This document shows, in pieces, positions 18,207 through 28,087 of a stretch of DNA of 64,000 bases; the stretch's first letter is position 1, and each line of letters begins with the position of its first letter. The notes below the pieces were generated by a model that saw only the letters and a program-made list of their open reading frames with translations, was not told the origin of the DNA and ran no database searches. The stretch spans positions 7,858-71,857 of the forward strand of contig DBYV01000035.1 of NCBI GenBank assembly GCA_002310995.1, given 5' to 3'. The DNA is from a bacterium UBP6_UBA1177 (GTDB lineage: Bacteria > UBP6 > UBA1177). Made by a program: the position numbers and the translations under genes.

Positions 18207-19465
18207 TACTTCACCTTAGAAGCAGCAATTGAATCAAGCAGAGATTTTGCTATCGACTCAAGATATTCATCCTTTTGAAGCAAATCTTTTTCTGTTTTAT
18301 TCGTTATATAACCTACCTCGAAAAGAAGGGACGGCATTCTTGCACCTACAAGAACGTAAAAAAGTGCACCTTTGTTGTAACCCCTGATTTTCACCCCATA
18401 TTTTTGGAGATTTTTCTTCAGGCCCTGTCCTATTTCAGAAGAGTATTTAAGACTGTCTCCGACATAGTAACTCATTGTCATGTCAACCAGAATCGTATCG
18501 AGAAGAGTGACGTTTTCAGAAATTTTGTTCTCGACTCTTGCAAGTTTGTCGGCATATTCGTCCCGCGTATTGTCAAGATGATATATCTCCATTCCGCCGA
18601 CATTCCTGTCTTTGAAAGAGTTCGCGTGGAGCGATATAAACAGATCTCCGTTCATAGCGTTTGCTATAGCCGCGCGCTCCTCCAAAGGAAGAAAAATATC
18701 TTTGTTTCTAGTAAGTTTAACCTCAATCCCTTCATAATTTTTCGAAAGTTTTTCTATCTTTCTGGCAAGCTTGAAAACTACGTCCTTTTCATAAAGTTTA
18801 CCCGAAATCGCCCCCGGGTCTTTGCCTCCGTGACCTGGATCTATTACGATTATTTTTTTCTTTTTTGCCTTAATTTCAGTTTTTGCGGCAGTTTTCTCAG
18901 TTTTTTTTGTCTGAGTTTCACTCTTTTTTATCTCCTGTTTTTCTTTGGGACCAGCTTTAACAGCAGACTTTTCAGGAATTTGTTCAGGGGCCTTCTCAGC
19001 AACTTTTTCAGGAATTTTCTCGCCGTAGTAGTCGATTACTATTCTCCACGGCTCCTCCATTTCTACCACGTTGTAACTTTCGACTTTACCAGTTTCAATA
19101 ACTATCCTAATACCGTTTTCACGCTTACCGAGCCTTATCTTTTTCAAGAACGAGTCATACTTCACATCAGGAAGGCGGAACCCTGAAGCATCAACGCCGA
19201 TGAGGTCGATATATATTCTGTTTGTATCACCGTCTTTAAGCAGATTATACTTGTATGAAACCTTTTCACTCGGATAGACAGCGACCCTTATCGAACTGTT
19301 TCCGGGCCAGACTTTGATATCGTTGAGCTTTTTCTCGCCTTTCGAAGCATTCGTGAGATCCATAATAAGCTGATCCAAAGACTCTCTGTCGGCATCGCTC
19401 AGGGAAGTTTGCGCAAAAACAATAAAAAATGAAAAGAATATAAGAAAGAAAACGCTGAATTTCAT
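18206..19465 (-). CDS. N-acetylmuramoyl-L-alanine amidase (AMIN domain + Amidase_3)
   Basis: Signal peptide, an AMIN-like N-terminal domain, a Lys/Glu-rich linker, then IVIDPGHGGKDPGA ... SLHANS ... the Amidase_3 core. Confidence 0.85.
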   Translation of the reverse strand: MKFSVFFLIFFSFFIVFAQTSLSDADRESLDQLIMDLTNASKGEKKLNDIKVWPGNSSIRVAVYPSEKVSYKYNLLKDGDTNRIYIDLIGVDASGFRLPDVKYDSFLKKIRLGKRENGIRIVIETGKVESYNVVEMEEPWRIVIDYYGEKIPEKVAEKAPEQIPEKSAVKAGPKEKQEIKKSETQTKKTEKTAAKTEIKAKKKKIIVIDPGHGGKDPGAISGKLYEKDVVFKLARKIEKLSKNYEGIEVKLTRNKDIFLPLEERAAIANAMNGDLFISLHANSFKDRNVGGMEIYHLDNTRDEYADKLARVENKISENVTLLDTILVDMTMSYYVGDSLKYSSEIGQGLKKNLQKYGVKIRGYNKGALFYVLVGARMPSLLFEVGYITNKTEKDLLQKDEYLESIAKSLLDSIAASKVK

Positions 19466-19468
19466 CAG

Positions 19469-20896
19469 TTAGAACCTGACTCCGGCAAAACCACCTATCG
19501 AGAAGCAGTTGTAGTAGCTGTATGAACCTGCATAGTCTCTTGCTTCCACAAGATACCATTTTGAAGCAGCCCTTGCTCCAAAACTGAAATATTTGTTGAG
19601 ATAGTATGTTATGGCACCACTATAGTAAGGCCTGTTTTTAAGCCATTTTCCATCTTCTCCCAACGATTGGAAAGTCATCATAAAATCTATAGCCAGAGAA
19701 TCGAAGAAAAACATATCCGTGAATACGTTTATCTGGTAGTTGTCGTACTTTTTCGCTTCATGGTTATAAAGTTTGTTGTGCTCGAACGAACCGCCTACCG
19801 AAAATGTGCCGGTTATATCGAAAACGAGGTCAAGATAGTATCCGGCAGTCCAGTCCTTCCCTCTTCCGGCATAACTCATAAGATAGCGTGACTTTGTTGT
19901 AGGTGTGCTGGAAATCGATTCACTCTGGCCTCTGTAATACTCCCTTTCAATATCGTAGAACGTGTTAAAATACGAAGGAATGTAGTCAGGTTCCATCGCC
20001 CTGACCTCCCATCGGCTCAAAATCTGCATGTCTGTACTCGTCGGAAGCATAAGTTTGTGCTTTGCACCGAAGTGCATGCCGAAGCCAGCATCGACAATTT
20101 TGTTCATGTCGGTATAAAGAGTCAGCTGGTAATACTTCATCGCCAAAACCCGGAAAGAGAGGTCAAAACCGAAAATCTGAAAATTGGAATCAGTAATTTC
20201 ACGTCCGTATTCGTTATCGCTCTTTCCCGTAATCTGATCAGGTGCAAAAACATCAGCGAAATAAGATGCTCCGATTTCAAGGTTGTTGCCGTAACTTTCC
20301 TTGCTGAAAAAACTTATCGGCTTAAGGTAGAATCGGCCTCCGATGACATTCGGCGGAGTAACATCGTCCATAAAAAAATCTATTCCGGCATAATCGGTAT
20401 TAACTTCAAGGTTGACTCCGCGCTGCGGATGATAAAGCCTCAAATCACCGTAGTATGCTCCGACAATCGAACCGTTGCCAACGTAACGGTTTCTCTGCTC
20501 GCCGAAGTAAAAATAGAACATATCGCCGGAATGACCGTAGTGAAAATAATTGAGAATCGCAACCCAGTCCCTCGCATCGTCCCAGTCTTCCTTCGGGAAA
20601 ATTGCAGCTGTTGTCGGAATGTCGTTATCGTTTTTCAGAATAAATCTGACCGGAAGACCTACACCGAAACCGAGCATTGAAAATTCAGCGGAAGCATAAA
20701 CATCAAGCTCAAGAAGCAAAGATTCACCCTGATATGTCGGGAAAAGCGCACCTCCGAGACTTATTCCCCTTTTAAAGCGGCTGTAAGCCTCATTCGGATG
20801 AAAATCAACCGCACTCGCAACGGAAAAAGATGCCAGGATCAGGAAAAACAAACATATTCCGAGCACTCTCTTCATAATATTCTCCAAAATCAACAC
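19469..20896 (-). CDS. outer-membrane beta-barrel protein, unknown function
   Basis: Signal peptide, alternating aromatic/Gly-rich strands throughout, and a C-terminal ...GGFAGVRF with terminal Phe as in OMPs. Confidence 0.4.
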   Translation of the reverse strand: MLILENIMKRVLGICLFFLILASFSVASAVDFHPNEAYSRFKRGISLGGALFPTYQGESLLLELDVYASAEFSMLGFGVGLPVRFILKNDNDIPTTAAIFPKEDWDDARDWVAILNYFHYGHSGDMFYFYFGEQRNRYVGNGSIVGAYYGDLRLYHPQRGVNLEVNTDYAGIDFFMDDVTPPNVIGGRFYLKPISFFSKESYGNNLEIGASYFADVFAPDQITGKSDNEYGREITDSNFQIFGFDLSFRVLAMKYYQLTLYTDMNKIVDAGFGMHFGAKHKLMLPTSTDMQILSRWEVRAMEPDYIPSYFNTFYDIEREYYRGQSESISSTPTTKSRYLMSYAGRGKDWTAGYYLDLVFDITGTFSVGGSFEHNKLYNHEAKKYDNYQINVFTDMFFFDSLAIDFMMTFQSLGEDGKWLKNRPYYSGAITYYLNKYFSFGARAASKWYLVEARDYAGSYSYYNCFSIGGFAGVRF

Positions 20897-20898
20897 AA

Positions 20899-23800
20899 TT
20901 ACATTTCAAACTCTGAAAAGTTATCCGGTTCAATCTTTTCAAAGGTGTAAAAACCGTTCACAGCGGCAAATTCGCTGCTGCTGAGCATATTGCCGACATC
21001 CTCCTGTGTCGCAGGTACATTCTGGCCCGGAACAACAAAAGTAGCCATATCGCGCCCGTTTTCCTTCGAATGGTAAAGAGCCGTATCGGCCAGCGTTACA
21101 ACATTTTCAAAAGTTACAAGTTTGGGTTCGCTGACAAAAAACGGAAGTGCAACGATTCCCATCGACACCGTTATCCAGACAGTTGATCCGCCTTGCGTTG
21201 TAAACGGATGCTTCTCTATTGCTTTTCTTATTTTTTTTGCGACTTCGAACATCTTTTCAAGCGGAATATTTTTCAGCACGATAAGAAACTCCTCGCCGCC
21301 CCATCTGATAAGAATATCGTCAGCACGGACAGATTCCTGCATGACTTCGGCGACACCTTTCAGAACCATATCACCCACATCATGCCCGTAAAGATCGTTA
21401 ACACGCTTGAAATGGTCGATATCCATCATTATGACACCGTATACATTGTCGTTCTTTTCCTGTATGATGTTGCGGTTGTCGAGAAGATGCATTTTTCGGT
21501 CGCGCGATTCGATAAAACGCCTGATTTTGCGCTCTTCTACATCGAACATATAGCGCCTGTTCATAAGCCCTGTCAGCGGGTCCTTCATTACAGCTTCTTT
21601 GAGAGCGTTGTTTTTAATCTGGAGTTCAGCCGTCTTTTCGTCTATCAGACGCTTGATATCGTATTCTCTTATCTTTTTAAGCCGTCTGTTCAGGAAAATC
21701 ATAAAAACAATAAAGGCGACTAGAATAAAAGGAGCCGTCACAACAAGCCATTTTTTCTCATGCCATTCTGTGTCTACCTCAAAAACGAACTTCTTTTCAG
21801 TGAATTTAGAAGGATTGCCGGAACGGTATGCACGGACTGAAAATTCGTGAGAACCGCCATGAATATTCGATAGATTGACCGTTCTTTTGCTTGTTCTGTT
21901 TACCTGTTCTTTATCGAAAGAATAGTCAAAAAACAACTCGCCAGCCCCTGAAAACAAAGGCGCAGAATATGAAATAGAGAGATTTTCCACCGTTTGCGGA
22001 AGAGACATTTTTCCGATATCGTCTAAAGAGTAATTTCCGCCGCCATCATCCGAAGAAAAAATGTTTTCTATTACAATTTCAGGAACAAAATCGTCTTTTT
22101 CCTTAAAATTCGTGTCAAAAACGGCAATGCCTTTCATCATCGGAACATAAAGCCGGTTATCGGAAAGCGCGGAATCTGAAGTTCTTCCTTCGGCACATTC
22201 CCACGATGCCATACCGTTCTTTTTGCCATAAACAACAGCCGGAACACTGGAACAGCCGCCGTTGAGGAAGCAGTCGGCATCTTTGCCCTTTATCGATGCG
22301 ACACCAATATTGGTCATCAGCCAGAAGTTTCCGTTTTTATCCTCTAAAACCGAATGAATCGCCGCTTCGCCGCTGATTCCCGGCACATGGAAAGCTATAG
22401 CATCATTCTCGATATCGACAAAAATCTCGTTCGACAGCGTAACTACCCATATGCGCTGCTTTGAATCAACAAAAGTGCGTTTTACAAAAACATCCTTTTT
22501 CCAGAGTGGCACAGGTTTCAGAGTCCCGTTTTCCTCAAGCCCGAAAACGCCGCTCCATTTCGTAACAACAAAAAGTTGGCCTTCATGATCGATTATATCG
22601 ACTATTTCGGCATTGACATCCGGCAGCTGGTACTTTTCTACGGTCCTGTCGTTTTTGAAAACGAAAAGTGCGCCGACAAGCGAGTTGTCGCTCACCCACA
22701 CATTTCCTTCAGAATCGCTGAAAAAGACATCCGTTGAAACCGGGAAAAGGTCTTCCGCACTTGTGTAAATCTCCTTAACCGGCTTGAAAGTCTTGTCGGG
22801 CTGCATGATGTAAAGCCCAGACTCGCCCGAAACCCACAAATTGTCAGTTTTATCAAAAAATATGCGGTTGAAAACCTGTTTGCATCCTGTTTCTCCGCAG
22901 GCAGATTCCCAAGGTCCGAACTCATCGTTTTCTTTAAAAATCCCTTTCCGCGTATTTACAAAAATATTTCCTGCTGAATCTGAGACAATACCTGAAACAG
23001 TCTCCTCATCAAAAATCATCCCTTTGAAAGAACTTCTTTTGGCAATGCAGAAACCGCCGGTAGAAGTTCCAAACCAGACATTTCCCTCCTTGTCGCGGGC
23101 TGAAGCGGTAATTGCCCCGCCCAGATCCAAAGAGTGGTTTTCGTCAGGGAAAAGACCTCCATTTTTTGTTCCTATCCAAAGCCAGCCTGAATCATTTGCT
23201 TCCAGCACTGTTATATCAGCGTAAGGAAGTGCTTTTTCTTTATTCTCGCACCCGATTGAAACTTCGTTGTTTTCAATGGTGTAAAAGCAGTTTTTTCCAC
23301 CTGCGTAAATAATATTGTCAGCTCCTTCCGCAAAAGCTGATATCGAATCATCAAGGTAGTCAACCTGAACAAAACGCTCGCTTCCGTCTTTCATGAAGTA
23401 GACGCCGTTTTCCGTTCCGAGCCAGACAGTGTCACTACTGTCGATAAAAACTTTGTTGACATTTTTTGTTCCGAGACGCGAATTTTCGGGAGAGAACCAC
23501 TCGAAAAAGCCGTTCACCGAAAGAACGAAGACTCCCTTACCGTTTACAGCACCGTAAAGAAGTGCCTTTTTCTTGTCGTAAGCAAGCGATTTGACATTAA
23601 AATTACCGACTTTTTCCGCATTTTTGAATTTGAGCGCTCTGAAACTGCCCAAATCGGTTATCCAGACACCTAAATCAGTAGCAATGTAGCCGTTCCCGAT
23701 ACCGTCTGAAACGAAGTCGTTTATAGTGCTTGTCGGAATGCCGGCAAGTTTGCCGCCGTCAGGAAGAACGAATTCACTTCCGTCAAATCTTACAAGAGAA

Positions 23801-23982
23801 TTCTTTGTGGCAACAAACATATGCCCTGATGGAGCACCGGCAAATGCAACAATTTGATTTTGCGGAAGATTTTGCAACGAATCATAACAGTCAAAGCAGA
23901 TACCGTTATGACAGGTTCCGGTCACAGAATACAAAGAGAAAGAAAGAACCGCTATAAACAAAAACCAAAAAATTTTTTTCAT
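20899..23982 (-). CDS. sensor diguanylate cyclase (periplasmic beta-propeller repeats + TM + GGDEF)
   Basis: 1027 aa. Signal peptide and many propeller-like repeats (NxWxGTxxGL-type), a TM helix WLVVTAPFILVAFIVFMIFL, and a GGDEF domain with the RADD I-site 5 residues before RWGGEEFLIV. Confidence 0.85.
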   Translation of the reverse strand: MKKIFWFLFIAVLSFSLYSVTGTCHNGICFDCYDSLQNLPQNQIVAFAGAPSGHMFVATKNSLVRFDGSEFVLPDGGKLAGIPTSTINDFVSDGIGNGYIATDLGVWITDLGSFRALKFKNAEKVGNFNVKSLAYDKKKALLYGAVNGKGVFVLSVNGFFEWFSPENSRLGTKNVNKVFIDSSDTVWLGTENGVYFMKDGSERFVQVDYLDDSISAFAEGADNIIYAGGKNCFYTIENNEVSIGCENKEKALPYADITVLEANDSGWLWIGTKNGGLFPDENHSLDLGGAITASARDKEGNVWFGTSTGGFCIAKRSSFKGMIFDEETVSGIVSDSAGNIFVNTRKGIFKENDEFGPWESACGETGCKQVFNRIFFDKTDNLWVSGESGLYIMQPDKTFKPVKEIYTSAEDLFPVSTDVFFSDSEGNVWVSDNSLVGALFVFKNDRTVEKYQLPDVNAEIVDIIDHEGQLFVVTKWSGVFGLEENGTLKPVPLWKKDVFVKRTFVDSKQRIWVVTLSNEIFVDIENDAIAFHVPGISGEAAIHSVLEDKNGNFWLMTNIGVASIKGKDADCFLNGGCSSVPAVVYGKKNGMASWECAEGRTSDSALSDNRLYVPMMKGIAVFDTNFKEKDDFVPEIVIENIFSSDDGGGNYSLDDIGKMSLPQTVENLSISYSAPLFSGAGELFFDYSFDKEQVNRTSKRTVNLSNIHGGSHEFSVRAYRSGNPSKFTEKKFVFEVDTEWHEKKWLVVTAPFILVAFIVFMIFLNRRLKKIREYDIKRLIDEKTAELQIKNNALKEAVMKDPLTGLMNRRYMFDVEERKIRRFIESRDRKMHLLDNRNIIQEKNDNVYGVIMMDIDHFKRVNDLYGHDVGDMVLKGVAEVMQESVRADDILIRWGGEEFLIVLKNIPLEKMFEVAKKIRKAIEKHPFTTQGGSTVWITVSMGIVALPFFVSEPKLVTFENVVTLADTALYHSKENGRDMATFVVPGQNVPATQEDVGNMLSSSEFAAVNGFYTFEKIEPDNFSEFEM

Positions 23983-24126
23983 TATCTGCGTTCCAAAATA
24001 TCAACCGTAGAAACAGAAAAACCGAAAAACGGTGCAAAATAGCACACAACAACGTTTCTAACAAGAAAAATTCACAAAATCATCACAAAAAATTTAAAGA
24101 AAAAAACTAAAAGAAAGAAAAAGAAT

Positions 24127-24203
24127 TGGTAGCGGGAGAGTGATTCGAACACTCGACCTGCGGGATATGAGTCCGCTGCTCTAGCCACCTGAGCTATCCC
24201 GCC
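24127..24203 (-). tRNA. tRNA with CAU anticodon (elongator Met, or Ile2 if lysidine-modified)
   Basis: The reverse complement folds as a cloverleaf: acceptor GGCGGGA/TCCCGCT, D arm GCTC-AGGTGGCTA-GAGC, anticodon loop CTCATAT, T arm GAGTG-TTCGAAT-CACTC, with encoded CCA. G1:U72 is paired, so it is not an initiator. Confidence 0.85.
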
Positions 24204-24350
24204 ACACAGGACGGCGAGAGTTTAGGAAAAACTTTTTCAAAGTCAATAAAAAATTTACAAAAAAAATTTTTTTGCTGACAAAAACCGGAAATACAAAGCA
24301 AAAATAAGATAAGAGAATGACGTTTTATAATGAATTTTCAGAGTGATAAA

Positions 24351-24776
24351 TTAGAAATTCAACGTAAGATTTACAACAACTTCCGCACCAAGAGTTTTCG
24401 CTACAGGACATGTATCTGCAGCACTCTTGAGCATTGCCTGCTGTTTCGGAGTGTAGACGTTTGGCGGAAAGTTGAAGACGATGTCAATCTGACCTATCCG
24501 GCGCGGGTCGGCAGCCATAGTCTTTTTGATTTCGTATGTTGTACCGTCAACATTGAAGTCATGAGTCTGCGCGGTAATGCCCATTATCGTCATCATGCAT
24601 GCACCAAGCGCTCCGCAAACGAGATCGGTTGGAGAAAAAGCTTCGCCTTTGCCATGGTTGTCGGTAGGAGCATCGGTCATAATAGTGTTGTTCGATTTAA
24701 GGTGGGTCATTTCATTACGCAAACTGCCTTTGTACTGCCCTTTTATTATTACCGGAGTATTTGTGGTGTCTATCAT
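24351..24776 (-). CDS. OsmC/Ohr-family protein
   Basis: 141 aa. GKGEAFSPTDLVCGALGACMMT and ...AADTCPV are the two conserved Cys regions of OsmC-like proteins. Confidence 0.8.
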   Translation of the reverse strand: MIDTTNTPVIIKGQYKGSLRNEMTHLKSNNTIMTDAPTDNHGKGEAFSPTDLVCGALGACMMTIMGITAQTHDFNVDGTTYEIKKTMAADPRRIGQIDIVFNFPPNVYTPKQQAMLKSAADTCPVAKTLGAEVVVNLTLNF

Positions 24777-24788
24777 TTTGTGCCTCTT

Positions 24789-26048
24789 TTATTTAATATT
24801 TTCAGCTATCTTAACAGCAACTGCGGATGCAAGTGCGATGTCTTCGAGAGCGACCCACTCTTTCTGAGAATGGAAGTTTACGCCGCCTGCAAAGATGTTC
24901 GGACACGGAAGACCCATGAAGGAAAGTCTTGCGCCGTCGGTTCCGCCGCGGATAGGCTCAACTTCTGGTGCAGCGCCGAGGTCTTCGATCGCCTTCTTGA
25001 CATATTCGTAAACGACCATGTTGTTCTTCATTACTTCGTACATGTTGAGGTAGCTTTCGGTAAAAACAGGAGTTACCTGAAGACGCGGTTCCTCAGCCTT
25101 GAGAACTTCGATAATATTGAGGATTATCTTCTCTTCGCGCTCTATATCTTCGGGAACGAAGCTTCTCAGGATCATGCTGACAGTAACTTCCTCGCTGCCG
25201 CCGCTGATGCCGACAATGTGGATGAAAGGCTCTCTGCCGCAGGTTCTCTCAGGCGACATCGTCTTCGGAAGCATATCAATGAATTTTCCTGCGTATCTGA
25301 TTGCATTTACCATTTTGTCTTTTGCATATCCGGGGTGGATCGAAACGCCGCGCAGTGTTACTTTCGCCGAGAAAGCGTTGAAATTCTCGTAGTTTACTTC
25401 ATACGGAGCGCCACCGTCGAAAGTGTATGCGAAGTCAGCGTCTACTTTCTGAAGGTTGATTTTGTCGACACCGCGTCCGATTTCTTCGTCGGGAGTGAAG
25501 CAGATTCTGATTTCTGGGTGTTTGATTTCGGGATGTTTGCCGAGATATTCAACCATCGACATGATCGCAGCAACACCTGCTTTGTCGTCAGCGCCAAGAA
25601 GCGTAGTTCCGTCGGAAGTGATGATCGTGTCTCCGATGCAGTCCGAAAGATGCATTGTGTCAGCGGGGTCGATGACCGTGCCGCCTTTAAGATTTATGAC
25701 CGAACCATCGTATTTTTCGTGGATTACAGGACATACGCCTTCGCCTTTGCAGTCAAGAGCGACATCCATATGGGCGATGAAAGCGACTTTCTTCGTGATG
25801 CCGCAGTTTGTCGCCATTTTCGCGTAAACATAGCCGTTTTCATCCATTTCCGCGTTTGCAAGGCCGAGCGATTTAAGCTCTTCGACAAGCTTTCTGCCGA
25901 GATTCTTTTCTTTCGGCGAAGAAGGACAAGTCTCGCTATCCTCAACAGACTGCGTATCTTCCTTAACGTAGTCGAGGAAACGGTTCAACAGATTGGTCTC
26001 ACTAAGGATTTTGGTTACCAGCTGATCTCTTTTCATGACAAACTCCAT
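24789..26048 (-). CDS. pepT: peptidase T (M20B tripeptidase)
   Basis: 419 aa. Contains FLDYVKEDTQS, AHMD, GADDKAGVA, TPDEEIG and GGTDGA. The length and order of the metal-ligand motifs fit PepT. Confidence 0.9.
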   Translation of the reverse strand: MEFVMKRDQLVTKILSETNLLNRFLDYVKEDTQSVEDSETCPSSPKEKNLGRKLVEELKSLGLANAEMDENGYVYAKMATNCGITKKVAFIAHMDVALDCKGEGVCPVIHEKYDGSVINLKGGTVIDPADTMHLSDCIGDTIITSDGTTLLGADDKAGVAAIMSMVEYLGKHPEIKHPEIRICFTPDEEIGRGVDKINLQKVDADFAYTFDGGAPYEVNYENFNAFSAKVTLRGVSIHPGYAKDKMVNAIRYAGKFIDMLPKTMSPERTCGREPFIHIVGISGGSEEVTVSMILRSFVPEDIEREEKIILNIIEVLKAEEPRLQVTPVFTESYLNMYEVMKNNMVVYEYVKKAIEDLGAAPEVEPIRGGTDGARLSFMGLPCPNIFAGGVNFHSQKEWVALEDIALASAVAVKIAENIK

Positions 26049-26065
26049 AAAAATTAGTAAAAAAA

Positions 26066-26968
26066 TTAAGCTGTTTTTTCAGTTTCAGGCGCAGGTGCGG
26101 CAGCGGGTTTCGCTTCCGCCGGTTTTTCCGCGACTTTGATCTCGAATGTCGCCTTTATCGCATGAGTAGGACATGCAGCGGCGCATTTTCCGCAAGCGAT
26201 GCACTTCGCCGGATCGATGTAGGCAAGGAAATTCTCGACTGTGATTGCCTGAACTTTCTCCGGGCACTCTTTCGCGCATTTTCCGCAGCCGATGCATGCA
26301 GCCTTGCAGACGCTCATTGCAGCCGGAGCTTTGTCGGTGTTGCGGCAGCCTACGAAAACGCGCCTGCCAACGCGCCCTTTCGGACGGATCTCGATAAGTT
26401 TTCTCGGGCATTTCTTAGCGCAGACTCCGCAGGAAGTGCATTTTGCCTCGTCAACAACGGGAAGTCCCGTGGTTTTATCCATCGAAAGTGCACCGAAAGC
26501 ACATGCAGAAACGCAGTCGCCAAGGCCTAAACAACCGTAAGGGCAGCCTTTCTCGCCTACAAAAAGCGAAGCGGCGACAGCACAGTTCGCAGGGCCGTCG
26601 TAATCACTTTTTCTGGTCGTTTTTTCAATCGTTCCGCCGCATCTGACAACTGCGACTTTAGGAACACTTTCCTGCATTGCAAGGCCTATGACCTCCCCTA
26701 TTTTCTTGCGGGTTTCGGCATTGCAGCCTGGGCAGCACGGAATATCGGAAGAACCGGCTGTTGCTGCTTTCACGATACCCTCTGCAAGTCCTCTGCAGCC
26801 AGGGAAACCGCAACCGCCGCAGTTTGCGCCGGGAAGAAACTCAAGCACTTCGTCAATGCGAGGATCTTCCTCAACCTTGAATTTTTTGGCTGTGAGAAAA
26901 AGAACTACAGCCGAGACAACAGCAATGATTCCTAAAATCAGAACTGAATAAAGGATAACTCCGTCCAT
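26066..26968 (-). CDS. RnfB-like Fe-S protein (N-terminal TM, CGGCG motif, several 4Fe-4S ferredoxin motifs)
   Basis: TM helix, then LPGANCGGCGFPGCRGLAEGIV, the RnfB N-terminal cluster site. This is followed by CxxCxxCxxxCP repeats and a Pro/Ala/Lys tail. No rnfCDGEA genes are adjacent. Confidence 0.75.
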   Translation of the reverse strand: MDGVILYSVLILGIIAVVSAVVLFLTAKKFKVEEDPRIDEVLEFLPGANCGGCGFPGCRGLAEGIVKAATAGSSDIPCCPGCNAETRKKIGEVIGLAMQESVPKVAVVRCGGTIEKTTRKSDYDGPANCAVAASLFVGEKGCPYGCLGLGDCVSACAFGALSMDKTTGLPVVDEAKCTSCGVCAKKCPRKLIEIRPKGRVGRRVFVGCRNTDKAPAAMSVCKAACIGCGKCAKECPEKVQAITVENFLAYIDPAKCIACGKCAAACPTHAIKATFEIKVAEKPAEAKPAAAPAPETEKTA

Positions 26969-26983
26969 AACTACCCCCGTAAA

Positions 26984-27397
26984 TTAAGATTTCCTGCAAA
27001 CAAAGACAAAAGTCTTTGCGAAATATGGCTTCAAAAGAGCCAGAATCACAAAATAAGGCAGCAAAATTATTAAAGAAATTAAAGCAGCCAAAGCTTCTGA
27101 CGAAATAAAACTCGAAGAGATGAAAAGTGCCGAAACCATAAGCAGAAACGGAATGAAAAACACATAAAAAACAGCCTTCAAACCGAATTTTTCCTCCATT
27201 TCGACAACCACGGAATCACCCGCTTCGACCTCTTCCATCGGAACTGCTTCGATAATTTTTTCGGCCATATCGTGAGCAGCACACATACTTTTCGCATGGC
27301 ATGCGCTGCACGCGCTTTTGACCTCGATTTTCACCGAAACAAGCTCTTTTCCGGCCTTAACGACCGTTCCTGTGTGTGTAACCTTCGTATTCGCCAT
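26984..27397 (-). CDS. RseC/MucC-family (SoxR-reducing system) protein
   Basis: 137 aa. Soluble N-terminus with SACSACHAKSMC, then two TM helices. Directly upstream of the RnfB-like gene, as is common. Confidence 0.65.
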   Translation of the reverse strand: MANTKVTHTGTVVKAGKELVSVKIEVKSACSACHAKSMCAAHDMAEKIIEAVPMEEVEAGDSVVVEMEEKFGLKAVFYVFFIPFLLMVSALFISSSFISSEALAALISLIILLPYFVILALLKPYFAKTFVFVCRKS

Positions 27398-27482
27398 TTT
27401 TTGAACCTAAAAAAACGTATTTTTTTATACTTTAACAATTTTTTGTCAATTTTTAGATTGAATAAGTCTTACCTTATCTCGG

Positions 27483-27525
27483 CGCCCCTGACGCAGGGGA
27501 GCTGACGCGAAGCGGCTGAGGGGTC
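27483..27525. repeat. REP-like GC-rich element (intergenic copy)
   Basis: CGCCCCTGACGCAGGGGAGCTGACGCGAAGCGGCTGAGGGGTC contains the CCCCTG-N3-CAGGGG hairpin. Related to 15669-15757 and 58481-58526. Confidence 0.7.
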
Positions 27526-28087
27526 ACACTCCGCAGAAAACAATTCCGAGCACTGCGCTGAAAATGATGAGAGTTATCGGAGAAATCTTCTTTTTTCCGA
27601 AAACAGGAGGCAGAAACGCTGCTACAAGCAAGATCGCCGTTATCGCAAGCGCCTTAAAATCGACACTGTAGGAACTTTTCACATCAATAAAAGCTTCGGC
27701 TGTCATGTAGAGCCCGATTGCTAGGATAAGCCCTACAACACAGGGTTTCAGCGTGCCGATTACAGTATTGAAGCACTTGTTTTTCATAAGCGAATTGAAG
27801 ACAAACATACAGAGCAGCATGATTAAAAAAGCGGGAAAAACGACGGCGAAAGTGGCGATAAAAGCACCTAAAAATCCTGCCTGGCTGCGCCCGACATAAG
27901 TCGCGAGGTTCACCATGATAGGCCCCGGCGTCATTTCGCTCACAGCAATCATGTAAGTCAAAGTTTCGTCGGTAACCCAGCCGTAAGAAAGCACAACGTC
28001 GCGTATCAGCGGAATAGCTGCGTAAGCTCCGCCGAAAGCGAAGCATCCGACTTTGAGAAAACCTAAAAAAAGATCGAGATAAATCAT
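27524..28087 (-). CDS. chrA: chromate transporter (CHR family), half-size subunit
   Basis: 187 aa. FLKVGCFAFGGAYAAIPLI and SEMTPGPIMVNLATYVG are CHR family motifs. ATGA overlap with the partner gene. Confidence 0.8.
   Translation of the reverse strand: MIYLDLFLGFLKVGCFAFGGAYAAIPLIRDVVLSYGWVTDETLTYMIAVSEMTPGPIMVNLATYVGRSQAGFLGAFIATFAVVFPAFLIMLLCMFVFNSLMKNKCFNTVIGTLKPCVVGLILAIGLYMTAEAFIDVKSSYSVDFKALAITAILLVAAFLPPVFGKKKISPITLIIFSAVLGIVFCGV

Noticed and set aside
24330-26057. 575-aa ORF on the + strand spanning the OsmC and pepT loci
   Set aside because: It is antisense to two minus-strand ORFs with unmistakable family motifs (OsmC, PepT). Its own translation is Cys/Arg/Phe-rich with no motif, and it would run through the tRNA-proximal promoter region. 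This is a shadow ORF.
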